The notes under the pieces were generated by a model. The model ran no database searches. It was not told the origin of the DNA and was given only the letters and a program-made list of their open reading frames with translations. From the IMG/VR virus record IMGVR_UViG_3300027816_000051, positions 1-64,000 of that record: a stretch of DNA of 64,000 nucleotides. One strand, written 5' to 3'. Positions 12,084 to 21,235 of this stretch are shown piece after piece; within the stretch, counting starts at the first letter, position 1, and each line of letters begins with the position of its first letter. The position numbers and the translations under genes were made by a program.

Positions 12084-14365
12084 GAAATGTACTATTTTTT
12101 ATATTGTTTTTGTTGTTACCTGTCTTAGCTTTTTCACAAGCAACAACAATGTCATTGGGTACAAGTAGTACGGGTGTGGTATCATCTACTTACAATACAT
12201 GGACCAAGGTTGACCCTAATTTAACAATTACAGCAAATGGGACAATAAATGGATTTAGAGTTCAAATATCTCAAACGTACACAAGTGGCGACCAATTGAG
12301 GTCAACATCAACTTTACCAACAGGTGTGAGTGCTTCTTTTAATACTACCACAGGTATATTAGTATTTTCGGGCACAGCAAGTGCAAGTGATTGGCAAACA
12401 GTATTGAGAGGTGTTGAATTTAAATCAACAACATCAACTTGTTACCCACTACAAAGGAGAGTCACATTTGTTGCTGGTTTAGTTTTTTACAACCCATTAA
12501 CTGAACATTTTTATGAATATGTTTCATCATCAGGTTCATGGACAACCGCAAAAACTAATTCTGAGTTAAGGTCTTATTTTGGTAGAGCCGGTTATTTAGC
12601 GACCATGTCTTCTGAAGCTGAAAATAATTTTATTTGGAAATTAATGTCATCAGATGGTTGGTTTGGGGCGTCGGATGAGATGAGTCAGGTTAATACCGCT
12701 AAGGGTTCTACCGTTTATACTTCACAAGCGGCGGTAGAACAAAAATGGCATTGGGTGTCAGGTCCTGAGAAGGGGACACAGTTTTCTAACGGTAGTACCG
12801 CGGTAACGGGTCAATACTCAAAATGGGCTGGTGGTGAACCAAATAATGCGGGTGGTGAACATTATGCACAATTTTATTCCGCGAACAGTGGACAATGGAA
12901 TGATTTACCTAACACTAACTTACCCGGTTATATTTGTGAATATGGAGACATGCCAAACGACCAAACATCAAGTATCACAATATTAACAAGGAATGTTGAA
13001 ATCAGTAACGCTTCAAGTGGTTACATAAGTGGTGGTAACATAAATGTTTGTTCGGGTAGTAACAGCACAACTTTAACGTTAAATGGGTATACAGGTAGTA
13101 TTGTTAGATGGGAATCTTCTTTTGATAACTTTTTTACCGCAGCAACCACAATATCGAGTACATCTTCAAGTATAACAGTAACCAACTTAACTAAAACCAC
13201 ATACTACAGAGCGGTAATAAATTCAACAAGTCCTGTGAGTTGTACAGGTTTAGTAACATCAAGTGTTTATCTGTCTGTAAAACCAACAAAATCAGGTTCA
13301 GTATTTGCGGTAAATAATAGTATATGTGCGGGAGGGCAATCCGAATTAACATTATCTGGTCAACAAGGTAATGTAAATAAATGGCAACGCTCAACTAATG
13401 GAACAACATGGACCGATATATCAAATACAACCACAAGTCTTACCGAAACAATTAGTAGCGCCGGAACTTATTATTATAGGGTAGAAGTTCAAACTCCAAA
13501 TTGTGGTAGTGCGGTCTTTTCTGATTCTAAAATAATCACAGTTACATCGGGAACACCTCCTGTTGGTGGTTCTATATCTTCATCAACACATACTTCTACA
13601 ACAAACTCAGGAACACTTACACTAAGTAGTTACACGGGTACAATTGTTAAATGGCAACGTTCAACAAATGATGGTGTAACATGGACTGACATTGTAAACA
13701 CATCGACAACTTATTCATACACAAATATAACCGTCAAAACATTGTTCAGAGCTCAATTACAAAGTGGTACTTGTGGTTTCGCTTATAGTTCATCAGGTTC
13801 TGTAACGATTATAACTGAAACAATAATCGGTACAATTACGATACCTACAGGTTTATCGGTAAGACCACAAGTAAAATTATATTTGGTTGAAAATGGTGTT
13901 GAGACACTGTTACAAACTGTCACGGTTGGTACAACAGGTACTTACACTTTAAACCCAACAAAATATAACTCAACTTATAAAATAGTTCCTTCGTTTTCAT
14001 CATCATTAACGTCCGCAGATTTTGATAATGTTTTTAATGAGTCACAAAACGAAAATACACCGAGTTTATTACAACCCGGTGTAGTATTGAATAATGGCCC
14101 GAAAATGAAAGCTGGCGATATTAATAAAGATGGTAAGGTAACAATATCGGATGCGTACTTATTAGGTGCTAATTTAACAAGTATGATAACATTTGATGAG
14201 GTTTATTGGTACACCGCGAATGATTTTAATTCGTTAACAATATCAAACTTCAATACAGTCACTCCATCAAATAATTTCTCAATAAATTTTACAAATACAT
14301 CAGTTACTTTTAACATCAAGTATATTGTAAAAGGAGATGCTAACTTATCTTCTTCGTCTTATTGA
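12080..14365 (+). CDS. C-type lectin / Ig-like repeat / dockerin-like adhesin
   Basis: Signal peptide; GYLAT..SEAENNFI..W.G.SD..W.W..G..Y.KWAGGEPNN..E....WND..YICEY C-type lectin; three ICxG..LTLxG..G....WQ repeats; GDINKDGKVTISDAYLL...KGDAN dockerin-like end. Confidence 0.85.
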   Translation: MRNVLFFILFLLLPVLAFSQATTMSLGTSSTGVVSSTYNTWTKVDPNLTITANGTINGFRVQISQTYTSGDQLRSTSTLPTGVSASFNTTTGILVFSGTASASDWQTVLRGVEFKSTTSTCYPLQRRVTFVAGLVFYNPLTEHFYEYVSSSGSWTTAKTNSELRSYFGRAGYLATMSSEAENNFIWKLMSSDGWFGASDEMSQVNTAKGSTVYTSQAAVEQKWHWVSGPEKGTQFSNGSTAVTGQYSKWAGGEPNNAGGEHYAQFYSANSGQWNDLPNTNLPGYICEYGDMPNDQTSSITILTRNVEISNASSGYISGGNINVCSGSNSTTLTLNGYTGSIVRWESSFDNFFTAATTISSTSSSITVTNLTKTTYYRAVINSTSPVSCTGLVTSSVYLSVKPTKSGSVFAVNNSICAGGQSELTLSGQQGNVNKWQRSTNGTTWTDISNTTTSLTETISSAGTYYYRVEVQTPNCGSAVFSDSKIITVTSGTPPVGGSISSSTHTSTTNSGTLTLSSYTGTIVKWQRSTNDGVTWTDIVNTSTTYSYTNITVKTLFRAQLQSGTCGFAYSSSGSVTIITETIIGTITIPTGLSVRPQVKLYLVENGVETLLQTVTVGTTGTYTLNPTKYNSTYKIVPSFSSSLTSADFDNVFNESQNENTPSLLQPGVVLNNGPKMKAGDINKDGKVTISDAYLLGANLTSMITFDEVYWYTANDFNSLTISNFNTVTPSNNFSINFTNTSVTFNIKYIVKGDANLSSSSY

Positions 14366-14703
14366 ATTTGAATTATTTTATTGTAAGTGTCGGTAATCTC
14401 ACCACATGTTTCATAATCTTCATTGGTTTCAAAGAAAGGTAAGATATCTCTAACTAATACTATTGATTCTTGTCTCTTAAATTTTAATTCGGTCTCCCAC
14501 TGTAAACCATTTATCTTAGCGCCCAAGACTAAAGTTACATTGTTTTTATCTTTTCTTTTGAGACTTTTAAATAGATTCGCTAAGGTGCGATAAATAAGTT
14601 CTTTATTGACGTTGTAAAAATCACCAAAACTTTTATAGTCTTGTTTTAGTATTAACTTCTTGATTACGGTGTCATTTGGTTTTTTAGGTAGTTTTGTTGA
14701 CAT
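14359..14703 (-). CDS. Hypothetical protein
   Basis: Clean ORF with an upstream near-consensus host promoter (TTTG-N20-CATATTTG). Confidence 0.7.
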   Translation of the reverse strand: MSTKLPKKPNDTVIKKLILKQDYKSFGDFYNVNKELIYRTLANLFKSLKRKDKNNVTLVLGAKINGLQWETELKFKRQESIVLVRDILPFFETNEDYETCGEITDTYNKIIQIQ

Positions 14704-14786
14704 TGTCGATTTAATTATTGGTTCATCACAAATATGAACAATAAAGTCGACATAAACAAACTTTACCCCAAATTGTTTAAAGTATT

Positions 14787-15197
14787 TTATACAGTATGTT
14801 CAATCTGAACCCGTACACAATTTTGTGGTAATCTATGGATGTGTCTGTAATTGTTGATGTAACCCATCATATTGGCACTACCAATCGCGTTAGCTGAATG
14901 TATAACAACATCAACAACTGGTTTACCATCCAACCATTGTTCCACTAACCACTTGGTACAATCCATACCTGTTTTTTCTTTGATGTTGTTGTAGTCTAAT
15001 TCGTAATTATGATAAACATTACGATGCCATTCAGCCATTGCGGTATCACCTAAATCATGGTCAAGAGAAATTAAACTAATATTCTCCAATCCAATTTCTG
15101 ATACTTTCTCAACAAACTCCTCATATGTTCGAACAATGACCCATTCGTCCTTTAGTACTGGTGTTCTAACGTCATCTAAATAAATTCTTTTTTTCAT
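14787..15197 (-). CDS. Cyclic-phosphate-processing receiver-domain protein
   Basis: IYLDDVRTP, ISLDHDLG, TGMDCTKWL and IHSANAIG motifs; adjacent to RNA ligase and kinase. Confidence 0.8.
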   Translation of the reverse strand: MKKRIYLDDVRTPVLKDEWVIVRTYEEFVEKVSEIGLENISLISLDHDLGDTAMAEWHRNVYHNYELDYNNIKEKTGMDCTKWLVEQWLDGKPVVDVVIHSANAIGSANMMGYINNYRHIHRLPQNCVRVQIEHTV

Positions 15198-15213
15198 TGT
15201 ATGATTTTTCTTA

Positions 15214-16299
15214 CTAATTCTCTTCATCTTTTTTAAATGGTTTTGAATATGGTGGATATAATATTTTCCATATTATATTTTTATATGATTTACCATCCAA
15301 CATATTAAACAGTATTGAAGGGTGGGAATATCTTTTAGCTAATTCAGCAAACTCCGCTCGGGTAAATTCTTTTTGGTATGATTCAAAATAAACGTTACGA
15401 ATTTTGTTGAATATCCATTTATATTCCTTTTCGATATTTTCAAATCGAATCACAAAGTCCTTTACCGTTTCTTTCACCCAACTATTAAATTCATCTGGTA
15501 CCTTCTCAAGTAACTCATCAAATGGTTTATCTTCTTTAAGATATTCCCAAATATCTCTACTTGACACATTAGTTAGTATTCTATGTAAACGAACATACTC
15601 TTCGAATTTTATTTTCATTCTAAAGTTCGATGGGTAGAAACGAATAACAAACCCTTCACTATTTGGGGTGTTTAGTTTTTTATAGTTGTCAAATGTTTCC
15701 TTGTTGAAGGTTACCATAGTGCTATCGACAATATCTTTCTCTTCAATATCCGATGAATGAAAAATTGCTCGAGCGGTGTGCCAGTTTAATTCTCCTATGG
15801 GTGTTGTTACAGATAAAAAGGTAATCTTATCACAACCATAGTTCACTACTATCCTATTTTCGGGATAAATAATTTCACATAAATAGGTAACTTCCTTCAT
15901 GAATTTACTTAAATCATATTTTGATTTAAGAATTTCTAAACCACGAATGGATTGTTCCGAGGTAAAAGAACCTCTTGTTGACATAATCCATTCACCATCA
16001 TAAAAGAAAAGGATTCCAAGAGAACCATCCATTTTATCTTGGATGTGAGTATACTCACTATCCCAAGGAATTAAATTTTTATCAATAACCTCTTCGTAGT
16101 TGAAAAATTTACCAAATGGTTTTGATATTACTTCTCCTGAATGGGTTGTAATAAGACCACGACATTGCATAGTAATATCATCCCACAAAGATTCATATTG
16201 TACTCTTGGTGTGTAATTCCATATGTACAAATCTTTGGTTGGGTGAGTTTGTTTCATTAACAAACCATCCTTATGATATCTCTCTAAAACTTCAATCAC
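15214..16299 (-). CDS. rnlA: T4 Rnl1-like RNA ligase
   Basis: QCRGLI, KPFGKFFNYEE, motif I DKMDGSLG, TYLCEII, EGFVIRF, MKIKFEEY. Confidence 0.92.
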   Translation of the reverse strand: MIEVLERYHKDGLLMKQTHPTKDLYIWNYTPRVQYESLWDDITMQCRGLITTHSGEVISKPFGKFFNYEEVIDKNLIPWDSEYTHIQDKMDGSLGILFFYDGEWIMSTRGSFTSEQSIRGLEILKSKYDLSKFMKEVTYLCEIIYPENRIVVNYGCDKITFLSVTTPIGELNWHTARAIFHSSDIEEKDIVDSTMVTFNKETFDNYKKLNTPNSEGFVIRFYPSNFRMKIKFEEYVRLHRILTNVSSRDIWEYLKEDKPFDELLEKVPDEFNSWVKETVKDFVIRFENIEKEYKWIFNKIRNVYFESYQKEFTRAEFAELAKRYSHPSILFNMLDGKSYKNIIWKILYPPYSKPFKKDEEN

Positions 16300-16709
16300 A
16301 ACTTAATTTCAAAACGATTTTTCATAATCTCTAATTTGTCTTCAGGAACTCCATGTATGTTCTCACCACCGTGTCTGTTTTCAACCACAATAGTGTGAAC
16401 TCTGTAACCATATCTTTTAGCCATTTCAAAATATGGCTCCATTTCCCATTCTTGTGTAAAAGTGTTTGAAACAACAACCCTAACAACACTATTCATCATT
16501 AAATTGGCACATCTTTGTTGACAATCATTATGTGCTTCCCTTAATTTTGTTGGGTCGAAATTATAATTACCCTCTTTATCTGTAAAGTAATCGTCCGCAG
16601 ACAATGGTTTCAACGGGTTATTTGGAGTGTATAAAATTATCTCCCCTAAAGTAGATTTACCCGAACCAGGTAACCCTCTCACTAAAATCAAATCTTTTGT
16701 ATATTCCAT
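16296..16709 (-). CDS. Stand-alone polynucleotide kinase (P-loop, AAA_33-like)
   Basis: LVRGLPGSGKST Walker A; SADDYF; VSNTFTQEWE; HGVP; no HAD phosphatase domain. Confidence 0.85.
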   Translation of the reverse strand: MEYTKDLILVRGLPGSGKSTLGEIILYTPNNPLKPLSADDYFTDKEGNYNFDPTKLREAHNDCQQRCANLMMNSVVRVVVSNTFTQEWEMEPYFEMAKRYGYRVHTIVVENRHGGENIHGVPEDKLEIMKNRFEIKL

Positions 16710-16727
16710 GATAAATTAGATTTATCA

Positions 16728-16759
16728 CAAATATACGTATTAATTTTTAGAATACCAAA
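16728..16759 (-). promoter_or_regulatory. Bacteroidota sigma70-type promoter of the RNA-repair operon
   Basis: TTTG-N20-TATATTTG. Confidence 0.8.
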
Positions 16760-16763
16760 AAAA

Positions 16764-16792
16764 ATAAAAACCCCCAACGGTGAGTCGGGGGT
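16764..16792 (-). terminator. Intrinsic terminator downstream of the clp gene
   Basis: CCCCC...GGGGG hairpin followed by T-rich tract. Confidence 0.7.
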
Positions 16793-16901
16793 TTGCGGTC
16801 ATTTTGTGGATTCAACACCACGGACTATAAAACGAGAGGAAATCGGCAAAGATATCCTGTGTGAATATAAATATATATGTTTTTTTAAAAAGTCTGAATA
16901 T

Positions 16902-18920
16902 TTACCCCTTTTTTTTAAAAATTTTTATTTCTCCGTCTTTAATTTTCAAATTAATTGTTTCGTTTTCTTTGATTTCACCTCTTAAAATTGAATCACTTAA
17001 ATAATCTTCACACATATTTTGGATAATTCTTTTAATAGGTCTCGCACCAAAATCTTCTTGTGTATTCAATTCAGATATCCTTTCTACAATTGTTTTATCA
17101 AAAGAAACTTTAAAATTCTTTTCTTTAAGTCGGATTACTAATTTATTCAATTCAATCTCAATAATCTTTTTAATCACATCTTTATCTAAAGAATTAAAAC
17201 TGATTATATCATCTACTCGATTTAAAAACTCAGGATTAAAATGTTGTTTGAGTGATTTTTGAACAATTGACTTTTTGACTTCATAGTTTTGAGACGTTGA
17301 TGACGACGAACTAAACCCAACACCCTTACCGAATTCGGATACTTTTTTAGCACCGATGTTAGATGTCATAATCACAATAGTGTTGGTAAAATTCACTTTT
17401 CTTCCAAAAGAATCTGTCAAGTGCCCCTCATCCAATATTTGAAGTAGAATGTTGAACACATCTTTATGTGCTTTTTCAACCTCATCAAATAGAACTACTG
17501 AGAATGGATTATTTTTGATTTTTTCAGTGAGTTGTCCACCTTCATCATAACCAACATATCCTGGAGGTGACCCGATTAATTTAGCAACATTGTGTTTTTC
17601 CATGTACTCACTCATGTCAACACGAATTACTTTTTCAGCATCCCCAAAAAGTAGTTCGGCGATACTTTTAGCGAGATACGTTTTACCAACACCTGTTGAA
17701 CCTAAGAAAATAAAAGAACCGATTGGTTTATTGGTATCTTTGATACCAACTCTATTTCTTCTAATGGCTTTAGAGATGATTGATATTGCCTCGTCCTGTC
17801 CAATCACTTTAGATTTTAATTTTTCTTCTAAATTTAATAGATTTGTTGTTTCTCTGTCATCAATTTTAGAAAGAGGTACTCCAGTTATTTGTGATATTAT
17901 CTCGTAAACATCAGCAATTGTTACTGGTGTTTTATTGTCTTTTTGTTTATCTAACCATTTCTTTTTCTCTTCATCTAACTTACTTAATAACTTTCTTTCT
18001 TCATCACGTAACTTAGCTGCCTGTTCGTAGTTTTGACTTTTAACGACTTGTATTTTTTTATCCTTCAAATCATCAGATTCCTTTTTAAGTTTTTCAATAA
18101 TTTCGGGAATCTTTGTGTTGATTTTTTTATCAGAACCTAATTCGTCCATTACGTCAATCGCCTTATCGGGGAACTGACGGTCCGTGATAAATCTAGATGA
18201 GAGACTAACAATAGTTTCAAAAACTTCCGGTTCGTAAAAAACTTTATGGAAGTTTTGATAAGAATCTCTTAGGTTATTTAGAATTTGTACGGTTTCTTCT
18301 TTAGTTGGTTCTTTAAGGATTATCTTTTGGAATCTACGAACCAACGCACCATCTTTTTCGATATGTTTTTTAAATTCGTCAAATGTTGTTGCACCAATAC
18401 ATTGAATTTCACCCCTTGCTAAAGCGGGTTTCATAATATTAGCAGCATCCATTGAACCACTAGCATTACCCGCTCCAACCATAGTGTGAATCTCATCTAT
18501 GAATACAATTACGTTTGGTTCGTTCTGTAATTCATTTAGAATAGCTTTAATCCTTTCTTCAAACTGTCCTCTATATTTCGTGCCAGCAACTAAGGATGTT
18601 AAATCTAACGAGACTATTCTCTTATCTAAAAGATTTGATGGACAATCTCCCTTGACAATCATTTGTGCTAATTTTTCAACCAACGCTGATTTACCAACAC
18701 CCGCATCACCAACTATTACTACGTTGTTTTTCTTTTTTCGAGATAATATCTGTGCAATTCTCTTGACCTCACTATCTCGACCTATAACGGGGTCTACTTT
18801 ACCCTCTTCAACCATTTTATTCAAATCTCTTGAAAAGTTATCAAGGATAGGGGTGGTTGAACCCTTCCTTGTTTTCTTTGGGTTGGTTGTGTTTCCTTCT
18901 TCGAAAAAATCTACTGACAT
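16902..18920 (-). CDS. clpC: ClpC/ClpA-type Hsp100 AAA+ ATPase lacking the N-terminal Clp-repeat domain
   Basis: LDNFSRDL, DPVIGRD, GDAGVGKS, RGQFEER, UVR-like QNYEQAAKLRDEE, GSTGVGKT, GSPPGYVGY, FGARPI. Confidence 0.9.
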   Translation of the reverse strand: MSVDFFEEGNTTNPKKTRKGSTTPILDNFSRDLNKMVEEGKVDPVIGRDSEVKRIAQILSRKKKNNVVIVGDAGVGKSALVEKLAQMIVKGDCPSNLLDKRIVSLDLTSLVAGTKYRGQFEERIKAILNELQNEPNVIVFIDEIHTMVGAGNASGSMDAANIMKPALARGEIQCIGATTFDEFKKHIEKDGALVRRFQKIILKEPTKEETVQILNNLRDSYQNFHKVFYEPEVFETIVSLSSRFITDRQFPDKAIDVMDELGSDKKINTKIPEIIEKLKKESDDLKDKKIQVVKSQNYEQAAKLRDEERKLLSKLDEEKKKWLDKQKDNKTPVTIADVYEIISQITGVPLSKIDDRETTNLLNLEEKLKSKVIGQDEAISIISKAIRRNRVGIKDTNKPIGSFIFLGSTGVGKTYLAKSIAELLFGDAEKVIRVDMSEYMEKHNVAKLIGSPPGYVGYDEGGQLTEKIKNNPFSVVLFDEVEKAHKDVFNILLQILDEGHLTDSFGRKVNFTNTIVIMTSNIGAKKVSEFGKGVGFSSSSSTSQNYEVKKSIVQKSLKQHFNPEFLNRVDDIISFNSLDKDVIKKIIEIELNKLVIRLKEKNFKVSFDKTIVERISELNTQEDFGARPIKRIIQNMCEDYLSDSILRGEIKENETINLKIKDGEIKIFKKKG

Positions 18921-19030
18921 ACGAAATAATTTTCTTTAAGTATACAAAAAGAATCCCGTAAAAACAAATGTTGACTCCGAGAAGTTGTTTTTAGGAATAT
19001 CAGTTTCTACAAACATAAATAAAAAATGAC

Positions 19031-19050
19031 ACCCCTACAAGGGGTTTTTT
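19031..19050 (+). terminator. Hairpin/terminator in divergent intergenic region
   Basis: ACCCC-TACAA-GGGGT plus T run. Confidence 0.5.
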
Positions 19051-19091
19051 ATTTGATATTTATTATGTATACTAATATCTAAAAAAAAATT

Positions 19092-19337
19092 ATGTCAATT
19101 ATTTTAGAAAAAACAGAAGGTAACATTACAGAGGTTGTGGTTTCATCATCAAATCTGAATCGAGCGATTTATAATTCCTCTGAAAACCATTTATCGATTG
19201 AATTTAATAATGGCTCTATTTATGAGTATGAAAATGTGCCGCTAGAGATTTTTGAAAATTTTAAAAAATCGGAATCTCAAGGTAAATTTTTTAATTCGAA
19301 TATATCGAGAACGTACAAATATAAAAAAATCAAATGA
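19092..19337 (+). CDS. KTSC-domain protein
   Basis: SSNL...Y....L.IEFNNGSIYEYENVP...F.....S.GKFFN..I. Confidence 0.9.
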   Translation: MSIILEKTEGNITEVVVSSSNLNRAIYNSSENHLSIEFNNGSIYEYENVPLEIFENFKKSESQGKFFNSNISRTYKYKKIK

Positions 19338-20122
19338 GTGTAATTGATGAAATAATTGAAGATATGGAAAAGGACCAAGAGATTGTAAAGTCTTTTGTTC
19401 CAAAAGAGACATTACCAAAAAATATCTTTGATATTAATAATGGTAAATCTATTTTAAATTCTGAAGTCAGAAAAAAAATGTTAGAAATAACAGAAGAATT
19501 TATTGACTTTGTTGGAGTTAATTTTTTCATTTACGATATTATTTTTATTGGTTCATTAGCAAACTATAATTGGTCTGAATATTCAGACGTTGATATTCAC
19601 ATATTAATCGATTATGACGAATTTGATGAGTCCGAAAACAAAGACTTGGTCGTTTATCATCAAATTGTGCAAGAGTTTTTTGATGTCAAAAGAAGATTGT
19701 GGAATGAAACCACAGACATTAAAATAAAAGGATACGAGGTCGAAATGTACGTTCAAGACGTAGATGACAAATATGTTGCTACGGGTGTTTATTCAATTTT
19801 AAATAACGAATGGATTGTTGAACCTAAAAAAATTGAGTCGGCTTTCGATATAGATGAGAAGAAAATTTTAGAAAAGTCTGAAGAATATGCGAAAGAGGTA
19901 GAACGTTTAGAAGACTTAAACAACAAAGGTCAAGACGTTTCAAAAGAAATAAAAACCCTAAAAGATAAACTTAAAAAATTCAGACAGTCGGGATTAGAAA
20001 AAGGAGGTGAGTATTCTTATGAAAATTTAACCTTCAAATTATTAAGAAGAAATGGGTTTATCGAAAAACTTTTTAATATCAAAAGTTCAATACGAAATAA
20101 AAAATTGTCCTTACCGCAATAG
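19334..20122 (+). CDS. Pol-beta superfamily nucleotidyltransferase
   Basis: IGSLANYNWSEYSDVDIHIL (hGS..DxD) and YEVEMYVQD. Confidence 0.85.
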   Translation: MSVIDEIIEDMEKDQEIVKSFVPKETLPKNIFDINNGKSILNSEVRKKMLEITEEFIDFVGVNFFIYDIIFIGSLANYNWSEYSDVDIHILIDYDEFDESENKDLVVYHQIVQEFFDVKRRLWNETTDIKIKGYEVEMYVQDVDDKYVATGVYSILNNEWIVEPKKIESAFDIDEKKILEKSEEYAKEVERLEDLNNKGQDVSKEIKTLKDKLKKFRQSGLEKGGEYSYENLTFKLLRRNGFIEKLFNIKSSIRNKKLSLPQ

Positions 20123-20196
20123 AAACAATAAATTTTTTATCTATATGCATGTATTTATAGGATACAAGAATAATATAATTATCAACATTTAAAGAA

Positions 20197-21234
20197 ATGG
20201 CAGATTTAAAACCATTAGGAAGCGAAAAACTTAACGGAGACGACAAACTAAGACGTATCCTCGAGTTGACCTATTACGGTAATGATAAAAAATCATCTAC
20301 CCCTAACCAATCACCAGTATCTAAAACTGAATATCTTTCTGAATCCGTAAGTGGTTTCAGATTTGGTATTGTAAGAGAAAAAGATGGATACTACGTAAAA
20401 AAAGGTTTAAACGAAAATTCATTAGACTACATTGGTGGTCTTTTCATGAAAAATAAAAACAGATTTAATTCATATGCTGAAGCACTAAAAAGATTAGAGT
20501 TATTATCGGGAGGTGAATTAAATGAAGCGACTAAGTACGTTTTAAAACAAAAACCAACTTCAGAACCCGCTAACGAAGCTCCTGTTCCATCACCAGAAAT
20601 GGGTGAGGTTCCGCCAGCTCCCGTAGCTCCTGAGGGTGACGTACCACCATCACCCGAAATGGGTGGTGATGTTCCGATGGCACCTGAAGGGGATGTTCCG
20701 ATGTCACCTGAAGGAGATGAAATGGGTGATGATTTACCATCTGATGAATCAGGTAAACCTTCTGATTATATGGCCGAAATCCAAAAATTTGCTGGAAAAT
20801 TGGGTCAAGAATTGAGAGACCAAAAAGATAAAATGGAAAGTGACGATATTAAATACGTACTTAACATGATTATCTCGGCTGTTGATTTAGACAAATTAGA
20901 AGATGATGATATTGAAGAAATTGGTAAAAAATTTGATAGAGACATAGAAGATGATGTTGCGTTATCTGACGAACCTTCTGATGATATGTCTGACGTTCCT
21001 TCTGATGATGAAACAACACCAGCTGAACCAACCGCAGATGATGATTTAGGTGAAATGCACGCAATGGACAAATTGGAAAGTTTTATAAACACACCAATGT
21101 CAACCGATGAAGAAATTGATTTATCTAAATACGCAGATTTGGGTGGTGATGATGTTAAAGAAATTGATTTAGATGAAATAAAAAAAGAAATCAACAAAAC
21201 TATATCTGATACTTTAGGTAAATACTTTAAGTAA
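20197..21234 (+). CDS. Acidic Pro-rich hypothetical late protein
   Basis: TATTTATA at 20152; PEGDVP-type repeats. Confidence 0.8.
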   Translation: MADLKPLGSEKLNGDDKLRRILELTYYGNDKKSSTPNQSPVSKTEYLSESVSGFRFGIVREKDGYYVKKGLNENSLDYIGGLFMKNKNRFNSYAEALKRLELLSGGELNEATKYVLKQKPTSEPANEAPVPSPEMGEVPPAPVAPEGDVPPSPEMGGDVPMAPEGDVPMSPEGDEMGDDLPSDESGKPSDYMAEIQKFAGKLGQELRDQKDKMESDDIKYVLNMIISAVDLDKLEDDDIEEIGKKFDRDIEDDVALSDEPSDDMSDVPSDDETTPAEPTADDDLGEMHAMDKLESFINTPMSTDEEIDLSKYADLGGDDVKEIDLDEIKKEINKTISDTLGKYFK

Positions 21235-21235
21235 A

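Noticed and set aside
5888-14365. Reading the surface cassette as host contamination
   Set aside because: AT-rich composition similar to the flanks, a phage-type TATTTATA motif upstream, and a 7-nt overlap with the next convergent gene; read coverage should still be checked
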